From an uncultured Phycisphaerales bacterium (GTDB lineage Bacteria > Planctomycetota > Phycisphaerae > Tepidisphaerales > Tepidisphaeraceae), in NCBI GenBank assembly GCA_963755915.1, contig CAVWLP010000002.1:4928001-4992000 (forward strand): a DNA stretch of 64,000 nucleotides. The letters are read 5' to 3'. Each line of letters begins with the position of its first letter. Positions within the stretch are counted from its first letter, which is position 1. Positions 20,566 to 30,047 of this stretch are shown in pieces. Both the position numbers and the translations under genes were made by a program. The notes under the pieces were generated by a model. It had not been told where the DNA came from. It saw only the letters and a list, made by a program, of their open reading frames with translations, and did not search any database.

Positions 20566-21326
20566 TCAACTCAACCCCATCCCCCGCACATTCTTCAGAC
20601 TAATCGCCAAACTCTCAAACGGATCGCGCTGGCAGATGTCCTGCTCGATGATATACCACTCCACCCCTGCCGCCCGGCAGGCCTGGAGGATCGCCGGCCA
20701 ATTAAGATTCCCCTCCCCCACTTCTGCCATCAGCGGGTTGCGGTCGGCGTCGATCGCAAAGTCCTTCAGGTGAACGCAGGGGATCCGGCCGGAGACTTTG
20801 GCGATCCACGCCGCCGGATCCCCCCGCCGTGCTGGATCCAGTAGGTGTCGATCTCCATCCAGATTTCCGGAGAGAAATGATCCAGCAGCGTCTGCAGCGC
20901 CACCTTCCCGTCGAAGCGGGCCAGCTCGTGGCTGTGATTGTGATATCCGACGCGAACGCCCGATCCGCGGAACTTTGCCGCGACCTCGTTGAATTCCTTC
21001 GCGAACTTCGGCCAATCGGCTGCCTTGGGCGCCTTGGGAAAGAACCCTCCTATCGCCGTAAATTTGCAGTTCCAGAGGCGATGCTCCTCGATGACCGCGG
21101 CGGTTTCATCGCGCATGCGCTCCAGCGAGACGTGCGTCGCGCAGCAGGCAAGCCCTTCGCCCTGCAATATCTTCGCCAGCTCCTTCGGGTCGATTTTCCC
21201 CAGCGCCGAAAGCTGCACCGCGTCATAGCCGATCTTCTTCACGCGCTTCAGCGTCAATGCGATGTCGGCAGGCGTTTTGGTGAAGTCCCGAAGGGTATAC
21301 ATCTGAGCGGCAATCGTGGTTGGCAT
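20566..21326 (-). CDS. Sugar phosphate isomerase/epimerase (xylose isomerase-like TIM barrel), frameshifted
   Basis: AQMYTLRD, YHNHSHE, EIDTYW, VHLKD, EVGEGNLNW and IIEQD motifs. Confidence 0.9.
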
Positions 21327-21445
21327 CGCGGTCTCCGTGGAGTTTGGAGGCTATTATTGGACGAGCGTTTTGCAGACGCCGAGGTCGGTTGCTAACATAC
21401 AGCGGAGCCGCCGCGGAATGAAGCGTGAAAGGATTTCCTGCTGCG

Positions 21446-22342
21446 ATGACGTATTGTTTGGGCATTGTAACGAAATTCGGGCTGGTCATGGCCTCCGACT
21501 CGCGGACCAACGCGGGTTATGACCAGGTGAACACGTGTCGAAAGATGTACACCTTCGTCAAGGAGGGGGAGCGGGTCTTCATCCTCCTCGCGAGCGGAAG
21601 TCTTTCCTGCACGCAATCGGTCATCACGCAATTGCGGCGCGACTTTGTCGCGGGGCTTGGGCTTGCCCAGGTGTCGACGATGTATGACGCCGCCCGGATC
21701 ATCGGGCAGGAAGTGCGCAAAGTCGCGGAGCTGGACCGCTCGGCCCTGGAGCGCGACGACTACAAATTCAACGTCCATTTTCTGCTTGGCGGACAGATGC
21801 AGGGAGAGGCGCCGGGACTCTTTCTGATTTATCCGCAGGGCAACCCGCTTCAGGCGACGGAAGAATCGCCTTATCTGCAGATCGGGGAGACGAAATACGG
21901 GCGGCCGATCTTGGATCGCGGGATTCGGTTCGAGAAAACGACCCTGGAAGAGGCGGCGAAATATGCGCTGCTGTCGCTGGATTCGACAATGAAATCGAAC
22001 GTGACGGTGGGGCCGCCCATCGATCTGCTGGCGTATGAAGTCAATTCGCTGGCGGTCACGCATCAGCGGCGCTTCATGGCGGACGATGCCGACCTGATGA
22101 AAATCGGCCAGCGGTGGCAGCAGGCGCTGCGCGTGGCGGTGGCGCGATTGCCGAACATCCGCTTCAAGATCGCGACCAAAGCGATGGAGGAGAACGCGCA
22201 GGAATCGATCCAACTGGTGGAGTCACCGCCGTCGCCCGAGCCGGCGACGGAATTACAATCCCAATCCGAGGGCAACGCCCGAATGCAATCGCGCGGCGGC
22301 CTCGGGCGAAGACTAGCTGCTCTACTTTCAAATCTGCTGTAG
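21446..22342 (+). CDS. Anbu proteasome-type (Ntn) protease
   Basis: M-T-YC N-terminal nucleophile, SDSRTNAG, LFLIYPQGN, QIGETKYGRPILDR and STMKSNVTVGPPID. Confidence 0.92.
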   Translation: MTYCLGIVTKFGLVMASDSRTNAGYDQVNTCRKMYTFVKEGERVFILLASGSLSCTQSVITQLRRDFVAGLGLAQVSTMYDAARIIGQEVRKVAELDRSALERDDYKFNVHFLLGGQMQGEAPGLFLIYPQGNPLQATEESPYLQIGETKYGRPILDRGIRFEKTTLEEAAKYALLSLDSTMKSNVTVGPPIDLLAYEVNSLAVTHQRRFMADDADLMKIGQRWQQALRVAVARLPNIRFKIATKAMEENAQESIQLVESPPSPEPATELQSQSEGNARMQSRGGLGRRLAALLSNLL

Positions 22343-22431
22343 CGCTGCGATCGATTCACGATCGCGCGTTTTTGCATCCCCGCGTATCGCCGCGGGCGGT
22401 TTTTCATTCTATTATTTGACGAGAACCAACC

Positions 22432-23532
22432 ATGTGCGCACCGCAAACACCACTGATTCGCAAGCTGGAGGAAATGCGCCAGCGGTATGAGACTCTCCAG
22501 GAATCGATGAACGACCCCGTGGTTCAGGCGAATTCGCAGAAGCTGATCGCCGCGAGCAAGGAAGCCGGCAAGCTGGAGCCGGTCGTGAGCCGGTACCGGG
22601 AATATCAGAAGTCGATCCGGACGATCGCCGAACTGGAAGAGATGGCCGCCAATCCCGGCGATGCGGAGATGGCCAAGCTGGCCGCATCGGAGCTTCCGCC
22701 GGCCCGGCAACAGGCGGATGGGCTGCTCGAATCGCTCAAGGACGAGCTGGTTTCCGCGGAGGACAATGCGGTCGATTCGTTCTTTCTGGAAATCCGAGCC
22801 GGGACCGGCGGGGAGGAGGCCGCGCTTTTTGGCCGGGATTTGTACGAAATGTATCGCAAATATTGCGAGTCGAAGGGATACCGATTCGATGTCAGCGATT
22901 TCTCGACGGCCGAGCGCGGGGGGGTTAAGGAAGTGATCGTCAATATTCGCGGGCGCGGCGCCTATCGCCGGCTGCAATTCGAGGGAGGCGGGCATCGGGT
23001 TCAGCGCGTCCCCGAGACCGAAGCGCAAGGCCGGATTCACACCAGCGCGGCCACGGTGGCGGTGCTGCCGGAACTGCCGGATGTGAAGATCGAGATTAAC
23101 CCGAAGGACGTGGAAGAATTCGGCTGCCGGGGCGGCGGACCGGGCGGGCAGAACGTCAATAAAGTCGAAACGGGCTGGCGAATTTTGCACAAGCCTTCCG
23201 GATTGCAATTCAAAATGACGGAGCACAAGAGCCAGACGCAGAACAAGGAGCGGGCGTGGGCCCTGCTTCGGGCGACGCTATACGAAGCCGAGCAGGCGAA
23301 GCAGCACGCGGCCGTTACCAGCGCCCGCAAGGCGATGATGGGGAGCGGGGACCGGAGCCAGCGGATTCGGACGTACAATTTTCCGCAAAATCGCTGCACC
23401 GACCATCGCTTGGGCGGCGAAGGGGGCGGGGAGAAGAATTTTAGTCTGGACCAGATCATGCAGGGAATCCTCGATCCGCTGCTGAATGCTTTGCTGGAGA
23501 TGGATAAGCAGCAGAGGCTGGAAAACTTGTGA
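22432..23532 (+). CDS. prfA: Peptide chain release factor 1
   Basis: EIRAGTGGEEAALF, HRVQRVPETE (PxT), GGPGGQNVNK and GDRSQRIRTYNFPQNR. Confidence 0.93.
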   Translation: MCAPQTPLIRKLEEMRQRYETLQESMNDPVVQANSQKLIAASKEAGKLEPVVSRYREYQKSIRTIAELEEMAANPGDAEMAKLAASELPPARQQADGLLESLKDELVSAEDNAVDSFFLEIRAGTGGEEAALFGRDLYEMYRKYCESKGYRFDVSDFSTAERGGVKEVIVNIRGRGAYRRLQFEGGGHRVQRVPETEAQGRIHTSAATVAVLPELPDVKIEINPKDVEEFGCRGGGPGGQNVNKVETGWRILHKPSGLQFKMTEHKSQTQNKERAWALLRATLYEAEQAKQHAAVTSARKAMMGSGDRSQRIRTYNFPQNRCTDHRLGGEGGGEKNFSLDQIMQGILDPLLNALLEMDKQQRLENL

Positions 23533-23592
23533 AGGGAAGCTGGAAATTGCGACTGCTACTAACTCGCCACACTTTTCATTAGAATGGTGCCC

Positions 23593-23982
23593 ATGGCTAA
23601 GGAACAAAAAACGAGCAAAACTCAGGGTAAGAAGAAATTGGAACGTAAGGTCCCCGCGGCGCCGGGGGCATCGCCGTTGATCGACCCGCTTCAATCGGCG
23701 GCGGCGGCAGCGGCAATGGTCGGGCATAAGGTTTCGGCGTCGGGAGGCACTGCGGGGCCGGGGACGGCGGGTCCTGCGACGGAGTCGAGCAGTTTTCGGA
23801 ATTTGAAGGAGTCGCTTTCCAAGCCGCACTCGCAGACGATGGGGAGTGTGCTGGATAAGATTTCGCCGGGCGGGCAGAAGAAGTCGGGGCTGCCGTTTGC
23901 GGGCGGCAAGCAGGTGGGGCATAACCAGACGTTTGGGGCGGACGTGAGCCGGCGGAATGTGCCGCGGCGGACGAACGGGTAG
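23593..23982 (+). CDS. Hypothetical basic, low-complexity protein
   Basis: Clean ORF between prfA and a convergent gene; Lys/Ala/Gly-rich. Confidence 0.6.
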   Translation: MAKEQKTSKTQGKKKLERKVPAAPGASPLIDPLQSAAAAAAMVGHKVSASGGTAGPGTAGPATESSSFRNLKESLSKPHSQTMGSVLDKISPGGQKKSGLPFAGGKQVGHNQTFGADVSRRNVPRRTNG

Positions 23983-23990
23983 AGCGCACT

Positions 23991-24224
23991 TCACTGCATC
24001 GAATGGCCATTTAATGTTTCGCTGTATTCCAGCGCCGCGGCGAAGACCGCGGAGATGCAGTCGCAGTTTACGTCGCTATTTTCAATCGTCGTGCGCACGG
24101 ATTGGAATCGGTCAAGCGCGATTCCGATAACAAGTTTCTTTTCGTCAGCCGAAAGATCGAGCGATTCGACCAATTCAGTGGCGGCGAGCAGCGCCTGTTG
24201 GCGGGCGGATGATTTTCGGTTCAT
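23991..24224 (-). CDS. Small hypothetical helical protein
   Basis: AGGAG SD upstream of MNRKSS; follows the membrane operon. Confidence 0.45.
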   Translation of the reverse strand: MNRKSSARQQALLAATELVESLDLSADEKKLVIGIALDRFQSVRTTIENSDVNCDCISAVFAAALEYSETLNGHSMQ

Positions 24225-24258
24225 GGGGGATCTCCTGCTTCTTTGTGGATCGAATGTC

Positions 24259-24945
24259 TCATCGAAATTTTTGCATGAGCATTTGTGCGATGACCAGGTA
24301 GGAATTCGTAAAGGCGTCCTTGCGGAAAAAAGTTGTTGGCATAGTGGGCTGGCCGACGAATGGCCGCAGAACCCAGCCCGCCTGAACTGCGACGAAGACA
24401 TAGATCGTGAGCCACGCCCGGAGGGTCCAGCGGTGTTTCCGGTTGCGCAGGATCAGGGCGCGATAGGCGCGGTGCAGGGCGAATTGAGCGGCAGAGCTCG
24501 CCACGGCGAAGATTGACGCGTTGAACAAAATTGCATCTTGGTAATTCGGATCGGATAGGTACCAGAGGGAGGTCATTGGCGACAGAGAAGCTAGGACGAT
24601 GGTGATTGTGGCCTGGGCGGAGCCGAGTGCAGCGAGGCATTCGCGGAAGTCGGCGCGAAGGCCGAGAATTGTGTTGAGGACGAAAAACGTCGGGAGTGTC
24701 AGGGAAAAAGACGTCAGGAGGAGCAGCGGGATCTTGATGGCGGAATAGATGATTTGCTCCGGTCGGGGCTGGGCGGTTCCAGCGAACGCGCCCATGACGG
24801 CGCCATACCAGCAGCCGCAGGCGATGAGGATGATCCAGAGAGGCGTAAGGCTCGCGAGATTTCTGCCGGGAATTTGCCGGCCGCGAAGGATCGCGTCGAT
24901 GCGGACGAAGGGAGCGGCTGCGGAATTTGATGTGTGCTGAGTCAT
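24259..24945 (-). CDS. Multi-pass membrane protein, paralog B
   Basis: YGAVMG, KIPLLL, LPTFFVLN and W.LRPFVG motifs; ATGA overlap with paralog A. Confidence 0.75.
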   Translation of the reverse strand: MTQHTSNSAAAPFVRIDAILRGRQIPGRNLASLTPLWIILIACGCWYGAVMGAFAGTAQPRPEQIIYSAIKIPLLLLTSFSLTLPTFFVLNTILGLRADFRECLAALGSAQATITIVLASLSPMTSLWYLSDPNYQDAILFNASIFAVASSAAQFALHRAYRALILRNRKHRWTLRAWLTIYVFVAVQAGWVLRPFVGQPTMPTTFFRKDAFTNSYLVIAQMLMQKFR

Positions 24946-25727
24946 CGCCAGGTGATTAGTCTGTATGCCGCCTGGAAGACAGCCTGGAAAAAGTTTGAAT
25001 AGGGGGAGCGGAACCAGGTGAAGGGCTGATCGGGACGTCCGATGAACGGGCGCAGGACCCAGGCCATCTGGCATCCCACCAGGCCGAAGACAATGACCCA
25101 GATGCGAAAGACCGTTTTCACGTGCGGCGCCAGAACGTAGTCGGAGGACGGATCGAGGGGCCCGGGTTGCGAGATAGGGGGATCGGCCTGCGCGGTCGTA
25201 TCGGGCGGCAATGGCGCCGTGATTTGCACGACCGTCATGCGGTGCAGGGTCTGAAGGAGAAATGCCAGCCCGAGCAATCCGGAAACGGCAAAGACGAGGA
25301 CGTTCAGAATCAGCATGAAATCGTAGCTGCGTGTTGTGAAGGAAAAGAAACCAACGATCGGTCCGATTGAAGCGAGTACGGCAAGGATCACACCCAGCGA
25401 CGCGATCAGGAGGCGAAGCAGCGATGAAATAATCAGGCGGGATCCGACCAGGGCGTTGAAGACGTAGAGTGAAGGGAACGTGACGGCGAGGGTCGCGAGA
25501 AAAAGCGTCGGCACTTTGAGCATGGCGGCGAGAAGCTGCATGGGATGGTGGCTGCCGCCAGGGGTCAGGGAGAAGAGGCCCATGCAGCAGCCGTACATGG
25601 CGCCGAGGGCGGCGATGACGGCGGAGAGGCCGAGGATAGGGATGTCGAAGCGGTTCTCTCGAAGCACGCTCAATTGAGTTGCCTGGCCGCGAAGAATGCT
25701 GTCGAGGGCTTTGATCCATTGCCACAT
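24942..25727 (-). CDS. Multi-pass membrane protein, paralog A
   Basis: YGCCMG, KVPTLF, FPSLYVFN and QMAWVLRPFIG motifs shared with paralog B. Confidence 0.8.
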   Translation of the reverse strand: MWQWIKALDSILRGQATQLSVLRENRFDIPILGLSAVIAALGAMYGCCMGLFSLTPGGSHHPMQLLAAMLKVPTLFLATLAVTFPSLYVFNALVGSRLIISSLLRLLIASLGVILAVLASIGPIVGFFSFTTRSYDFMLILNVLVFAVSGLLGLAFLLQTLHRMTVVQITAPLPPDTTAQADPPISQPGPLDPSSDYVLAPHVKTVFRIWVIVFGLVGCQMAWVLRPFIGRPDQPFTWFRSPYSNFFQAVFQAAYRLITWR

Positions 25728-25763
25728 TGAAAATCTCCTGATCGTTTTCTCTGTATCTCAAAC

Positions 25764-25782
25764 TACTTTATATTGCAAAGTA
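25764..25782. promoter_or_regulatory. Palindromic operator, copy 1 (TACTTT-N7-AAAGTA)
   Basis: tactttatattgcaaagta, ~37 bp upstream of the paralog A start. Confidence 0.7.
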
Positions 25783-25818
25783 CAATGGCGTAGCAATTAT
25801 CCGCTTGACATAAGGCGT

Positions 25819-26220
25819 TTACGACAAGGCTGGGATGCCTATCACGGCTGATTTAGGAAAATGGGACGATTTTTTTCCCCCTGCCGAGGCGTCGGCGACG
25901 ACCGACTGTAGAGTTTGAATATATTCGAGGAATCGGGCGCGGCCGGCCTCACTGAGACGACAGCGCGTCTGCGGACGATTTCGGTGATAACCCTTCCAGA
26001 TTTCGACCAGGCCATTTTCCTGAAGGAGCTGAATCTGCCGGCTCAGGTTGCCGTCCGTCAGGGAGCAGAGCGTTTTCAGCTCGGTGAAGAGCAGGCCATC
26101 GGGATGGGCGGCAAGGGAAGATAAGATGCCCAGGCGCGAGCGTTCGTGAATGAGACGGTCGAGGCCCTCGTAGGCGAATCGGCCGGAGGCGCGCTTGGGG
26201 ATTTCGTTATTTCGACTCAT
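25819..26220 (-). CDS. Winged-helix transcriptional regulator (HTH_34/ArsR-MarR-like)
   Basis: LDRLIHERSRLGILSSL..LTDGNLSRQIQLLQENGLVEIWK..GRARF. Confidence 0.88.
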   Translation of the reverse strand: MSRNNEIPKRASGRFAYEGLDRLIHERSRLGILSSLAAHPDGLLFTELKTLCSLTDGNLSRQIQLLQENGLVEIWKGYHRNRPQTRCRLSEAGRARFLEYIQTLQSVVADASAGGKKSSHFPKSAVIGIPALS

Positions 26221-26819
26221 GGGTGCGCTCCAGTGACCAGTACAAAATAAAGGCGGCGGCGCTCTGACCGATTCCAAAAGGGGCTGCGACCGTCCAGGGC
26301 GAAAAAGCGAATTGATGCGCAAAGGGAGTGAGGCAAACCACGCCTGCGAGGATGTAAAACGCGCCGACCAGCCCGATCGGCCGAGGCAGGAGCGATCGCG
26401 AATAGATCACACCAAGGCCGAAGAAAATCGACCAGAATCCGGGGAGGAGCCAGAGGGATTCCAACGAGGAATATGAGAGCGCGAGCGTTACGATGCCGCC
26501 AACCGCGATGAATGGGAGCAATTGCTCGATGGCTTGAGTGGTAAGTCGCCGATTCAGGGATGATTCGGTGCGGTGGAAGCGGACGGTCATTTCCGCGGCG
26601 ACGATAATCAGGCAAATAATCGCTACGGTTATCCAAAGCTCAACGAATCGGAGGGGATCGCGCGGGTTGGGGGATCCACCAAGGCTGGAAAAGCGCCGCG
26701 GCGATGGCGACGATCGCGGTGAAGAATGTCGTCAGGGCGCGATAACCCCGAAAAGTTCGGGCGAGACCGATCTGCCGATGGATTTGGGCGATCTGATCGA
26801 GAGCACTGTCGAGTTCCAT
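26207..26819 (-). CDS. Membrane protein encoded upstream of the wHTH regulator (frameshift near 26660)
   Basis: MELDSALDQIAQIHRQIGLARTFRGY start, several TM segments, LPGFW..FGIGQ; overlaps the wHTH start. Confidence 0.75.
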
Positions 26820-26843
26820 TGGAGCAACTCCGGTTTAGAAGTT

Positions 26844-26860
26844 ACTTTATATCATAAAGT
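26844..26860. promoter_or_regulatory. Palindromic operator, copy 2 (ACTTTAT-ATC-ATAAAGT)
   Basis: Perfect 7-bp arms, in the divergent spacer between starts 26819(-) and 26940(+). Confidence 0.7.
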
Positions 26861-26939
26861 CATAGGGTCTCATGTCAAGGGGCGGCACCGGGCGACGACC
26901 TGATGATCGCAATCGCTCTTCTGATATCATCTTGCGCAT

Positions 26940-28079
26940 ATGTCCATCTCCCGCGACACGTTTGAACGGTATCGACAGAAGGGGCTCGATGCCCGGCGAG
27001 CCGGGCAGTGGGATTCGGCGCGGATTTATCTTTTGGAAGCGGCGCGGGCGATGGTGGCGCTGAGCAAGGAGGCGCAGGGGGAGGAATTGAAAAATGCCCG
27101 GCGGGAGACGGCGACGCGACTGCTGGAACTGGCCAAGGATTGCGAGAAGGCGAAAAACGAAAATCGCAGGCAGCCGGCGGCGGGCGGCTCGCCACGGGAA
27201 TCGGCGGGGGAAAGCGAGGGGACGACATCGGCCAGTCAGTGGCTGGTGAAGGAGCGGCCGAGTATCCGCTTTGCGGACGTCGCGGGGCTGGAGGATGTGA
27301 AAGAGGACATCCGGCTGAAGATGATTTATCCGTTTGAACACCCGGACCTGGCGGCGAAATTCGGGATTCGGCCGGGGGGCGGCGTGCTGCTTTATGGGCC
27401 GCCGGGGACGGGGAAGACGATGCTGGCCAAGGCGACGGCCGGGGAGATCGACGCGGCGTTTTTCCGGATTTCGCCGGCAGATGTTTTGAGTAAGTGGGTT
27501 GGGGAAGCGGAGCAGAACATCAAGAAGCTTTTCGACGCGGCGGCGGCGGAGCCGCGGAGTATTATCTTTATCGATGAAATCGAATCACTGGTGCCGGCAC
27601 GGAGGGACGAGGGGTCGAGCGTGATGCAGCGGGTGGTGCCGCAGATTTTGGAGGGAATGGAAGGGTTCGATAAGAAATCGGGGCAGCCGATTCTTTTTAT
27701 GGGGGCAACGAACGTGCCGTGGCAGCTCGATCCGGCGGTGCTGCGGCCCGGGCGGTTTGATGAGAAGGTGTTTATTCCGCTGCCGGATCTGGAAGCGCGG
27801 CGGAAAATGCTGGACATGTATTTGGGCCATCGGCCGCTGGCGGGCGATTTGGTGCTAGATCGGCTTGCCGTCGCGCTGGATGGCTTTAGCGGGGCGGATA
27901 TCAGATATATCTGTGATCGCGCGGCGACGGTGCCGTTTCTTCAGAGCGTTGCAACCGGGGAAGAGGGGCAGATCACTTTGGCGATTTTTGAGGATGCGAT
28001 GCACGATACGCCTAAGTCGGTGACGGGGGAGATGCTTTCGCGGTTTACGAAATGGGGCGGAGACGCGGCGAGGGAGTGA
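26940..28079 (+). CDS. Single-domain AAA+ ATPase with N-terminal MIT-like domain (Vps4-like)
   Basis: Walker A GPPGTGKT, SKWVGEAE pore loop, Walker B IIFIDE, SRH ATNVPWQLDPAVLRPGRFD; three-helix N-terminus. Confidence 0.85.
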   Translation: MSISRDTFERYRQKGLDARRAGQWDSARIYLLEAARAMVALSKEAQGEELKNARRETATRLLELAKDCEKAKNENRRQPAAGGSPRESAGESEGTTSASQWLVKERPSIRFADVAGLEDVKEDIRLKMIYPFEHPDLAAKFGIRPGGGVLLYGPPGTGKTMLAKATAGEIDAAFFRISPADVLSKWVGEAEQNIKKLFDAAAAEPRSIIFIDEIESLVPARRDEGSSVMQRVVPQILEGMEGFDKKSGQPILFMGATNVPWQLDPAVLRPGRFDEKVFIPLPDLEARRKMLDMYLGHRPLAGDLVLDRLAVALDGFSGADIRYICDRAATVPFLQSVATGEEGQITLAIFEDAMHDTPKSVTGEMLSRFTKWGGDAARE

Positions 28080-28137
28080 TTTTCAGTTCGAGCGACGGGC
28101 AGCGAGGAAACCAATCTGATAAAGTAAAAAGATCAAC

Positions 28138-30047
28138 ATGCCCGACCTCCGCGAACAATTACAGAATCACTTCGGCCTGGACGAATTTCGTCCGTCTCAG
28201 CGCGAAGTGATCGAAGATGTTCTGGCCGGGCGGGACGTGCTTTGCGTGATGCCAACCGGGGCGGGGAAAAGTCTGTGCTTTCAGCTTCCCGCGGCTGTGA
28301 ATGGCGGGCTGACGATGGTCGTCTCGCCGCTGATTTCGCTGATGGAGGATCAGGTACAGCAGCTTCGCGATGAGGGAATTGCCGCGGCGCTTTTGAATAG
28401 CTCGCTGACCCCGGCGATGCAGCGGCAGGTGATGGCCGAGCTTGAAGAGGGTTTTTCGGGGTTACTTTACGTTGCGCCGGAGCGGCTCTTCGCCGGCAAT
28501 TTTCAGGCCCTGATGCAAAAGCTGCGGCCCAGGCTTTTGGCGGTGGATGAGGCGCACTGCATCAGCCAGTGGGGGCACGATTTTCGGCCGGAGTATTCGC
28601 GGATTGGGGAGGCGCGGAAGAAACTGGGCGATCCGCCAACGATTGCGCTGACGGCGACCGCAACGGAGGACGTGCGGGCGGACATCGTTGCGCAGCTTGG
28701 GTTGCGGGAGCCGCGCGTGGTGGTGACGGGGTTTGATCGGCCGGGGCTGCGATATGGCTCCAAGCGAATCAACAGAGAGGATGATAAGGACGCGATCCTG
28801 GTTGATCTGCTTCGCGAAGAGCCGGGGAGCGCGATCGTTTATTGCGCAACGCGAAAAGTCGTGGACGAACTCGCCGGGATTTTGCAGCGACATCTGGGCG
28901 GTCGGGTTGTCGTCCGTTATCACGGCGGGATGGACCCTGCCTCGCGCACGGCGAGCCAGGAGAAGTTCATGGAATCGGCCGGGGCGATCGCGATTGCGAC
29001 CAATGCGTTTGGGATGGGGATCAACAAGCCGGATATCCGCCTCGTCATCCACTACAACATTCCGGGGACGCTGGAGGCGTATTACCAGGAGGCGGGCCGG
29101 GCGGGTCGCGACGGGAGGCCGGCGCGGTGCGTCATTCTTTTCAGTTACCAGGACCGGTTCGTCCAGGAATTCTTTATCGACAAGCTGGGGGAGGACAACC
29201 CGCAGGCCGATCCGCAAATCATTGCCAGGCGGCAGCAGCATGCAAGGGAAAAGCTGGAGCTGATGATCCAGTACGCCCGCACGCACCTGTGCCGGCGGAA
29301 GATGATCCTCGATTATTTCGGCGACACCGCGGAGGTGAACGATTGCCACTGCGACGTGTGCGGCAGGGGCGACAAATCATCCAAGATCCCGGAAGCGCCG
29401 GTCATCATGGCGGATGAAGTCGTGACGATCGTCCGGCAGATTCTCTCGGCGATCGTGCGCTGCCGGGGAAAGTTTGGCGTGGGTGCGGTCGCGGAAATGC
29501 TTACCGGATCCGAAAGCGACCGGATGCAGAAATGGGGCCTCGACCAGCTTTCCACGTTCGGGCTGCTGAAGATTTATTCCGTGAAGCGAGTCGTCGCGAT
29601 GATTCACCGGATTCTCGAATCGGGGTTGGCCCGGCAGAAAGATCCGGACGGCGTGAAGTTTCGGCCCGTGGTAGAAATTACGGCGGCGGGCATTTCAGTC
29701 ATGCGCGGCGAGCAGCAGCCGCCCAATTCGCTGGCGGATATTTTGCCCCGGCGGGCCGAGCGATCGGCGCCGCCGCGGGAGCGAGCTGCGGCGAGCGATC
29801 GATCGTATGAGAACGAGCACATGACGCAGGAGATGCAGGTTCGTTTCGAGGCGCTGCGTGAGCTTCGGGCGCGGATCGTGCGCGAACGCGGCATGCCGGC
29901 CTTTGTCATCTGCCATGATTCGACGCTTCAGCAGCTTGCGCGCAAGCGCCCGGCAGCGAGACCGAGCTCGCGGGAGTGAAGGGAATGGGGCCGTACAAAA
30001 TCAAAATGTATGGGGCGGCATTTCTGGAGGTCCTCAGAAGCGAGTGA
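28138..30047 (+). CDS. recQ: RecQ-family DNA helicase (frameshift in HRDC domain)
   Basis: MPTGAGKSLC, VDEAHCISQWGHDFRP, YYQEAGRAGRDG, Zn-binding CRR..CHCDVC, RQC and HRDC domains. Confidence 0.93.

Noticed and set aside
24259-25761. 500-aa ORF spanning both membrane paralogs
   Set aside because: The N-terminal half is an out-of-frame overlap of paralog A; the real start is the ATGA overlap at 24945.
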